From assembly GCF_963853765.1 (NCBI RefSeq), contig NC_088859.1, positions 33,170,001 through 33,234,000 on the forward strand: DNA of 64,000 bases, written 5' to 3'. This document shows, piece by piece, positions 55,039 to 64,000 of this stretch. Each line of letters starts with the position of its first letter. Within the stretch, counting starts at the first letter, position 1. The notes under the pieces are model-generated. The model saw only the letters and a list, made by a program, of their open reading frames with translations, was not told the origin of the DNA and searched no databases. The stretch comes from Magallana gigas (taxonomy: Eukaryota). Made by a program: the position numbers and the translations under genes.

Positions 55039-56864
55039 TTCTAACGAGGAATTGACAGTACATGTAGTAGTATTTCTGCTCTGTCGCGAAACAGACGTGA
55101 TGAAAGTGAAATAAAGAAGAGAACGTCCATTGTCACCACCATGTAAACAACTTTGAAAGTCTGTGTTGACCAAAGCTTGGTAATAAAATGCAACAACAAA
55201 TATTGCTGATTCCTAATTATCTCGATATCCATATGATAAATGCCAGCATTATTACGCAGACGGGTACTTGACCTACCTTGCTAGTTTTATATATAAGCAA
55301 ATAGTAATGTTTTCAAACTATGAATTTAAGCGCCAAGGGATAAAACTTTGTAGTGATTTGCTAGCTGCAGGTCTGTAGCTTCCATGCTAAGGCTAAAAAA
55401 TATGGATGGACGACCTTAGCTGCAGGTTTGTAGCTCCCGTTTGAAAATATTCGGATAGACAGGTCGTCTATCCAATTTTTTTCAGACCTGGAGCTGCAGA
55501 CATGTAGCTAATGTTTTGGAAAAAGATGATGTACGTTCCGTGATTGAGTACCTGTGAACTTGTAAAATTACCTGGGTCCTTTTGCAAACTTGAAAATACG
55601 CCCACTGGTCAGTTAAAATGGTTTCCTCCATGATAAACTACACGTGCGCGGGTCAACTAGGACGTTAAAGTAAATCATGCATCGACTGATCCACACCACA
55701 AGTTTTGTGACGTTTAATTATAAACAGGTGCATCAAGTTGCTTACCTATTCTACCCAAATCCTTAGAAGTAATACAAAATCCGAGATAAAGGTAAATTTG
55801 CAATAAACGTTGTTCTGGGCCGTTATCTTTACAGGTGAACACGGTGAACCAGCCATAGTGTGATAGTGCTAATGCGACGGTTATCACAGAATACATGTAA
55901 AAGTACCGCACCACATTTAATACTTGTGAATAATATTATACCAGATTCGAAGAACTCAAACTTTGTTTCTCCTTTTATATGTGATGAAAAAGTAAATACG
56001 CAAACCCAGAATTTTTTTTCGGGGGGGGGGGGGGACGAAGGATAATTTTGCCTGCAGGGGAGGTGGCCCAAGGCTAAAATTCGTCTTATACTATATGTGA
56101 ATTTTATAATTCGGAACCCGACCCTTTCCCCCTCTAGAATTTAATTTAAATAAAGGCAGATCCAGCGCCAGTCCCCCCCCCCCCCCCGTCCCGTTTTGAT
56201 TTTTTTTTTTTTGGGGGGGGGGGGGATAATGTATAAAGTACAGGGGCGTACAAGGCGTTGTATATTATTTATTATTAGGAGGTCTCTAGAGCCATGTGGC
56301 AACAGATGCTTAATCACCCAATCCCTTTCTTCAAAAACAAAATTTATCGACTTTCTCCTCATATCAACCTTCTCATACTAAATAGACAAAGTATAAGTGA
56401 AAAATTGAAGAATTTTCAAAAGCAGGTAATTTATAAAATATTTATAAAATATTTTGCCCCCAAACTCACCGCCATGCATGTTCGACAATTTTTAGATCTA
56501 CCCTTGTCGATCCACTCTTGGGGTGTTATCAGCGGTTCCAGATTTAATTTTCGGGAAGGGGTGTTTTTGGGGGGTGGGTGGGTTGTATTTTGTTTGGTTT
56601 TTTTTTCAATGTTCATTACGTACTATCCCTAAATCCGCGCATGGGTGGGAAGCGAAGGGTTGCATAATAAAATAATGAATTTATAGTTATAATGGAAAGC
56701 ATTAAAAATATCTAAAATTATTTTATTTTTATTTAAGATATTTTTTAAGCAAGGTTGAAATAATTTAGATTTTAAAAGCTATTTCGCAACAATATTAATC
56801 ATTGAAAATAAATCGAGCTCGACAAACACAAAATACTTAATCCTAACCTTTTGCTCGATTCAAG

Positions 56865-59113
56865 ATGGCGTTAGGAGACGAGGTTGTTGTCGCCGGTGAA
56901 CCAGAAGAACAGGTTTGCCATCAAAACTCAGTCAGAAATCGTTAATAATAATTGTTTTTATATTAACCAATAAAATGCCGAAAGTATACAGGTGAAACAT
57001 CCATACTCTGCACAGTTAACAAGGGACCTCAACCCCAATGTCAAAACGTCCTTCAACTTTCTCTGTGTTCAATGATAAGTTCAACATGTTCAAAGGGGTA
57101 TAAAATGACAGATGCACTTTATTGATACTTGTCTAGTTATGATATGATTAACCCAATTATTATAGAAATAGAGGTTAACGGCGCATTTGAGAAATGAACA
57201 ATCGGTAAACAATGGTACATCTGTATATATGTGTTATATAATTACTTTAAAAAGAAAAACAAAGTTATGCAGAGATGTGTTGCTAAAGCTTTTTACCATT
57301 TTGAGTTTTTACCATTTTCTATTAAATGTGTATCAAGTATGTCAATGTTTGGTTTTACAGGAGGCAGATGCTCCTGAGGAGGAAGAAGAGGAAGATTTAG
57401 TGGTAAGATGCAAATATGATCATAAACAATCTGATATCCAGGAGATACGTTTAAAGACGTAATGTCTTTTACAGTACACGTACATGTATATAAAATCTAT
57501 AGTACCTCTGAAATGATATAAATGAATAAAACATAAAATCAAAACTTAACATTACTGTTATAATTAGCTGCAGAACTATAGCTCTACTGGAAATTCCTGT
57601 CGACAGACCATAGAGCTTAAAGGTTCCATCAGTACCTTAAATTTGTGCACCCTATTGGACTTATTTATTTAATTGACTCAATAGAGGAATATTATGTTCT
57701 AAGGTAAATGTTGATACCAAAAAAATTTCTGAGGCACTTTTCTTTTGGTTGCCATTACTGTACTTGTCTCTGAAAATTTTTAAGCACCCTCACAAGCCCC
57801 ATAAAGTTAAACGGTGTGGTATGTCTACAGATAAAACTTATGACTCTTGATACTGAAAAGATTTTAACATAGTTTACTTTCTGAGGTCGGTTAGAGGGTG
57901 TAGGAAAAATTTTGAGTCAATTAAAGTGGTATTTAATTTGATAATTTGTTTAGCAGCAAGCATTAAAATGGTTGAACAAATGAACTGTCAGTCTGTAACA
58001 TTTTATTATTTGATAAGATTTACACGAAGCAAGTCCTGTCTCAAGGCTTGTTCAAACAAAATAATTGCATAGAAAAGGCTTGTTCAAACAAAATAATTTC
58101 ATAGAAGTGCTCTTGATCCTAAAGCTCATAGCAGGTCAATTTCATTTCCTTGCTTTATCTGCAATGCTGATTACTTGATTATCTGATGATTCAAAAACAT
58201 GAGTGCAATTTAATGTAATTTACAGTATATGAGCAGTTTATTAATGTACATTTACATAGACATACTTATTTGTATGTAAAATGTGAAAAAATATAATTAT
58301 ATATGCATGCATATATATCTTTAAGAATCTATATTGTATCTTGCAATTTTCTAAATATAGTAAAATTCATATTCGATTTTATAGGATCCTCAAGGAGTAC
58401 TTAGAGATGAATGTATCGAAAAAAATGCCAAATGTCAGGAACTAAAGGATATCCTCGACAAGTGCAATGAAAGGGTAGCTGTAAATCCTGCAATTGAGGA
58501 GGAAACATGCGAGGAGGAATTGATAGATTTTGTGCATTGTGTAGACCACTGTGTGAGTATGAACGACCATTCACTTCAGTTATTAATAAAATATATTTAC
58601 ATTTCCAAATATGCTACCTTATATGAACCAATAGAATAGCAAAAATGTTCACTTCTGTGTGAACTTTTTCATGACGTCACAATGATAAATGCAGGCGCTT
58701 ATTGTTGGACGGTTGCAATTTTGAAAACATGATTCTGAACAGTGTGTCTTTTTCAAACGTAAATATAAGTAATAAACAGCAATTTATAAGGTTCACCTGG
58801 ATATCTAATCAACTTGGTTGGTCACATGATCAAATCCTTTGAAGCACTTCAAACTTGGTTGGTACATGATCAAATCTTCTGAGAAATCCTTCGGGCTTCA
58901 CAGGATTTGATCATGTGACCATTTACATGCAAGTTCATATCCCGATGAATTTTGCAACTTGCTGTTAATTTCTTTAATGAATAAAATCATTAAACTGTAG
59001 TTTTTTTCCAAGTTTCCAAATATTAACACTGCATTATGATTTAAATTGAATATTAAGATGATTTTTTTCATTTTGCACAGGTTTCGAAGTCCCTATTTAG
59101 CAAGTTAGTGTGA
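56865..59113 (+). CDS. UQCRH: Cytochrome b-c1 complex subunit 6 (hinge protein), 96 aa
   Basis: Exons 56865-56912, 57361-57402, 58385-58552 and 59081-59113, all phase 0 GT-AG. Acidic N-terminus followed by DLVDPQGVLRDEC..C..L.D.LDKCNERV...EETCEEELIDFVHCVDHCVSKSLFSKL. Confidence 0.95.
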
Positions 59114-60284
59114 TTCGAGACCAATTATTACTAGTATGTTAAGCTTTTAGTTGAACACTGTGTTGTCAAAGTTCTAAATGATTGTGGATTGCGTTTCCAA
59201 GAAGACCAAGTGGTATCCTGTGTTGGACTCATCTAAAAGACCATCTTTGACATTGATTCCATGTTGGATATATATTTCTTTCTGTATGGACTATTAAATT
59301 TATTTGAAAAGTATGGAAAATAAATTTGTCATTCTTTCATATCTATGTCATTCTATGGTGTACTAGTATCAGAGAAAGGTTTCTTTTAAATTTGAAAGAT
59401 TTATCAAAAACAAGATTAACTATTTGATCAAAAAACTAAATTATGCATTGTCAGAAGAACAATCTTGAAATTTAGAAGTTCCATACACTGAAATCATTTA
59501 AATAAGTTACTATATACAGCTACCTAATACAATACGATGAATTCAGGTCTCTTTTTTTACTGCAGGGTGTTTGGATCGGATTCCTAAAATATGGCAATGA
59601 GATGTTTATATTTGCTACTCAACAAATAGTTTTGACACAATCTGCCAAAAAATGTATATATATAGTATAATAGGAGAGTTTCTCCCCTATTAAACTACAT
59701 GTACATGTATATATATAGGATTGATTTTTTTTTCACAGATTGTGTCGAAACTGTGCTAGCCAAGGGTTTACGAATTATTGCAGAGAAGATCGTAAACCCT
59801 TAACTAGCAAAAAAAAAGGAGGACTTAGGTGAAAAATAATATCTGTAATTATAAAATAGAAATGAGTTGCAGTCCATTTTGGTTTTCACAATTACCCTGC
59901 CTTTTTACTACAAAAGGCCTGCAGGCCTTAATGGTCACACAAGTACCATAGCCCATACAGAGGCAGGTCAGGGATTCTGATATATACATGTATATGCATG
60001 AAAGTCTAATATTAAATCTTAGTTCCAGGGGCCAGCGAATCTAAAAATTGGTTATTACCCCTCTTCCTTGTCTTAATTCTTGCAAATCTATGAAAGCTAT
60101 AGTTTTGGAGCACAGCGATATCTTTTTAAATGTGTATACAATTTCAAGTTTGCCAGATTTGCTGGACATGTTAATAAATGCGCTTGGCCTGTTATTGAAA
60201 ATGTACAAGACTAACGATAGAAAATAATTTTCACTGTCAGTTTAAAAGGAGCTGAATGCTAATTCATTGGAAAACGCACTTTTG

Positions 60285-60610
60285 GGTACAATTGTATCAT
60301 TCTCGAGAGAGTTATGACCCTTGGACTTTGATTCCAATTACATGTATTTGCAGTTTCCGTTTCCGTTTTTTCTTCTTCTTTTTTTCGCAGGGTTGCACTT
60401 ACTAAAATGAATTTTGGTACACAGATTTATAATAATAATATCTTGGTCAAGTTCGATTTTGGGTATGATCGAGCTATTTTCGACAGAGTTATGCACCTTT
60501 GACTCCAAAAAATTACAATTATTTGCTTCAGACAGACACTTTCCGTTCTTTTTTTTTTCGCAGAGGTGTCAAGGGAGTGGGGCATAAGTGTTTCACAAAC
60601 ATCTCTTGTT
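60285..60610 (+). mobile_element. Partial HINE-like repeat
   Basis: Duplicated AGAGTTATG..CCTT.GACT unit, ending GAGTGGGGCATAAGTGTTTCACAAACATCTCTTGTT. This is the same CTCTTGTT terminus as the 3474-4590 element. Confidence 0.5.
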
Positions 60611-61559
60611 GTTACAGATTTGCAGAAGATGTCAATTTTGGTCCTGCCCTTTGGGGTCCTTGTTTCTCTTAGTTCAATGATGCATCATAGCACATTTGAA
60701 AAGAACTCACCAATGGCAATTATGGCATGTAGTTTCCTAAAGAAGTAAACTACGCTTTTCAATTTGAAACTATTGGAGATGAATAAATTAATTACGTGTA
60801 GCGTTCAGAAGTATTGGCTTTACAATGATGAATTCCAATTTTCCAGTTATGGCAAGGTACATGTAGTACTAGTATACCCACGAATACCATTAAAAATAAC
60901 TATAGTTGAATATCCTTTCCTGCATATAAAAAATAAAAATGAAAAATAAGGACATATACACTAAACCCATTAGTGAACAAAAACCCGAATGCCATTAATT
61001 TAAACTTAGTTTAATAGTTTAAACAACATTTCTATATGTTTTTCGAAGTAAGTACAAATATCTGACAAACGGTGTACAATAAGATTGGGAAACAAACCAA
61101 AAGGCTTATACAAATCCCTCTCTTAAGGAAGAGGAGAGGTGCAAATTACATATCTAAAGAGGAAAAACACAGAAAGCATATACATGTATAAAGGAGAGAA
61201 AAAACCCATCCAAAATATGTTAATCGAGAATAGAGGAAAAGAAAAATAAAAACATTATGACATATGCTATAATGCATAAATTTTTGAGAGTTGGAAATAA
61301 AAGTGCATTATATTATTAACTAGTGACCTAATCGACCCACGACCGGATATCTACATACAAGTACTATACTAAGGAAAATAATACAATATGTTTATAACAA
61401 TTTACAGTACTACTCTAAATCTTTATATAAATATATCCTAGATATTAAAAAAAATATCAATAAGAAGAAAAAATATCAAAGTTACACTAAGTAGATGTAC
61501 CCTGAAATCAGTTACTGTCAATGATAAATTTTTGAACCATTTAAAAAATATATTTATAA

Positions 61560-62540
61560 TCATTATTGTTAAGATTGGGCACCCAAAGAGCAATAGGTTA
61601 ACATTAGTTGGATCTAGAAGTTTGTTAATTGTAATACTACTTATTTTATTTTAGTTTGGGCAATATACAAAATGTAAAATTAAGATAATGGTCATTACTT
61701 TCTATTGAACTACGGGTACAAAATTAGGAGGGACAAAGGTTTCTGTGGAACATATAAAGTTTGAGGGCGCTGCACTCTAATCTTAGTTCCGAGTGTAGAA
61801 TTTGTCCTATTCTGGATCCAAAATTATAGCAATCGGTAATGTTTATATTGTTACGATTTAGATAGTTTTGAAAATTGTTGTTTTGTATTTCATTAGGTAA
61901 TGTATTCCATAGCCTTATTGTACTTAGAAAATAATGACTCACATAGTATAGCCTTGTTCTTGCGTATATTTCTCGTATGTAATTATGGAAGTTCTAGTAT
62001 TATGTGTAATTTACTTTTATAAGAGTTTGTGTTTCTTTTAAAGATTAGATAGATACTAACATTCGGGAGTCTTGCCGTGGAACATTTTAAAGAATTAAAC
62101 AAGTCGATGGTCTTACCTACGCTTTGATATTAGGAAGCAGCCTGTTTATGTGTATAGAAGTGTATTGAAAGCCATTCTATTACCCCCCCCCCCCCCAACC
62201 CCGGTCACAATTCGTGCTGCTTCTAATTGAATATTTTCTATTTTCTTGACTAAGATATTCCGGTATATTACCCCATATTACACCAGAATATTCTAAGTTT
62301 GGTCTAACGAAGGAGAAGTATATCTTTTGTAAACAGTTCCTATCTAATATAAATTTAACTTTACGCATTTGCCCAATCTTGCACAAGCTTTTGATAGCAT
62401 ATAGTTTATTTGTAGGTTTCACCAAAGTGTTTGTGCGATTCAACTTCTTTGAGATAGACATCATCAAATAGAAGCGAGGGATGAAAAGATGAATTTCATT
62501 GTAAATTGTCATGCATTCAGTTTTAGAAGGATTAGGGAAA
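61560..62540 (-). mobile_element. Decayed 3' fragment of a non-LTR retrotransposon (CR1/L2-group-like)
   Basis: Broken frames give KIYFSFVRPNLEYSGVIW, YFLSTIRLWNTLP and LHSELRLECSAL..NL, which are typical C-terminal motifs downstream of LINE RT domains. Many stops and frameshifts. Confidence 0.75.
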
Positions 62541-63327
62541 CAAAGTAAACAAGCCAATTTTTAGAAAAGTCATTAATTTAAAGTTTAAATAAATTTCGAA
62601 AAATTTCAAACCATACTGACCATTAACAAGAGTTCTAAGTATTAAACAACCCCCCCCCCCCCAAAAAAAAAAAAAAACCATTAAGAATATCAGATACATG
62701 TACCATTTGAAATTCATATACATCTAAATCAACATTTGGTCAAAACTTGTAAATTGTGACTCCGATATAGTAAAATACATGTAGATAAATTGTTTATCCC
62801 ACAAATTTATGAGAAAAACGTGCCTTTCATTGAAATATGAAAAACTCAGAACCCAATCTTATCGCTCCCAAGAATTCAAATATTTAGAGAATTATATTAA
62901 ATAACGTGAGTTTTATTCAAGATGAATCGGACAATCATCTTTTGATTTAAAACTTCTTCTTTTTTTCACACACAGATTCCAGATAAAATTGTACCATTTA
63001 TGAAATATGAATACCCTGTGGTAAAACATCCAACCAACCAACGATTCCTCAAGTAGTGAAGAGATTTGAGAAAATGGGATCTGTAAATTGGTTGTTGTGA
63101 GGAATATCACTCATCCAATTGTTGTTGTCATTGATGAAAAAGGACGTCATACTGACGCACTCTCTTTTTTGTTGCGTTATTAAAACAATGCTCAATTTCT
63201 AAACAACCAATGAATGTTTGTGAAATTTGTTGAGTAAAAATTAACATCATAAACAGTTATGAAAATGCCTTTGATTTTTCTTTAATGTCATTTTAACAGT
63301 AAATGCTATCAGATATTCTGGTACCCC

Positions 63328-64000
63328 CTAGCTGTACTTATTTCTAAATATAAGATCATAAGATAATTTGTGCTGTAGAGTGGGTGCTGTTTTGAAACCG
63401 GAAGTGGAAGGTTCCCCGGTGTTAGTTTCATAATGGATTGCAATGTTATACATTGTGAAAGTCATAACAGACAAAAAGTCTATACAGTTCATAGGATTTT
63501 CACGAATATGTACAATATGTTTGACCATAACTTCATGCATGGCGTTAACAAGCCAACCTCCATTCTCCTCCCGCCCATATGCAACTTTTCCTGAAAAATA
63601 AATTTACTGTAATTTTATCATATGAAAGCATTTCAATTATATCTAGATATCATTCAGCACAAATTATTTTTTTTTTCATTTTTACATACAAAATTCAATT
63701 AAGTATGTAGAAAAAAATGTCACCATTACCCTCAGATGTAGCATACATGATCAAAAAATCATTATGACATGGCGTCGCAACTGTCGTCATAACATCTTGG
63801 ACTGGTCTAGCGAATAAATCCCTCTTTTTGAAAAATCCCTTCCTTACCCAGTTTTTCCCTCTTTCAATGAAGGAAGGTTCTTCAAAAAGGTCCTTGTTCT
63901 TGTCGCGAATGATATCAACATCTAAACATGGAATAACGTCATCTGAACTTGACCAATCCATCAGCTCAGTCGTCAACTCTGTATGCTGACTCGCTTCATT
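63328..64000 (-). CDS. Caspase-like protein, 3' end (linker and small subunit); gene continues beyond the window
   Basis: Exon 64000-63730 (open, ending TPCHNDFLIMYATSEG), a phase-1 intron, then exon 63590-63328 (GKVAYGREENGGWLVNAM..DFLSVMT..YETN..FKTAPTLQHKLSYDLIF). This aligns with the caspase p10 pattern DFL..YST..G..S.R....GSWF..DL..ILT..KQ.P...S.L...L.F. The catalytic QACRG region lies outside the window. Confidence 0.75.

Overview
AT-rich eukaryotic genomic DNA with spliceosomal introns, most likely a Crassostrea/Magallana oyster. The species call is an inference from a 160-166 bp repeat resembling the Cg170/HindIII satellite inside a Helentron-type element. The supplied ORF track misses most genes because they are spliced, so I rebuilt the exons by hand using GT-AG boundaries and reading frame. 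The window is dominated by a minus-strand tandem array of regucalcin/SMP-30 (gluconolactonase) genes. Five copies look fully intact, one has intact exons but a GT>AT donor mutation after coding exon 1, one is a decayed pseudogene, and there is an orphan exon-1 fragment. Every copy uses five coding exons (157/180/216/144/variable nt; exon 2 is 174 nt in RGN-1) with all introns in phase 1. Interleaved with the array are a monocarboxylate-transporter pseudogene, a head-to-head inverted pair of 120-aa stathmin-domain-like genes, and a single-coding-exon RING/coiled-coil/NHL-propeller gene. To the right lie UQCRH (4 exons, plus strand), a decayed LINE and the 3' end of a caspase-like gene. Intergenic and intronic DNA is packed with non-autonomous DNA transposons, including several nested ones and several with TTAA target-site duplications. 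There is one 161-N gap at 25455-25615. The most notable signals are exon-restricted homogenisation among otherwise divergent regucalcin paralogs, a diversified substrate-lid loop, the inverted gene pair, and a MITE carrying repeated RFX X-box motifs.
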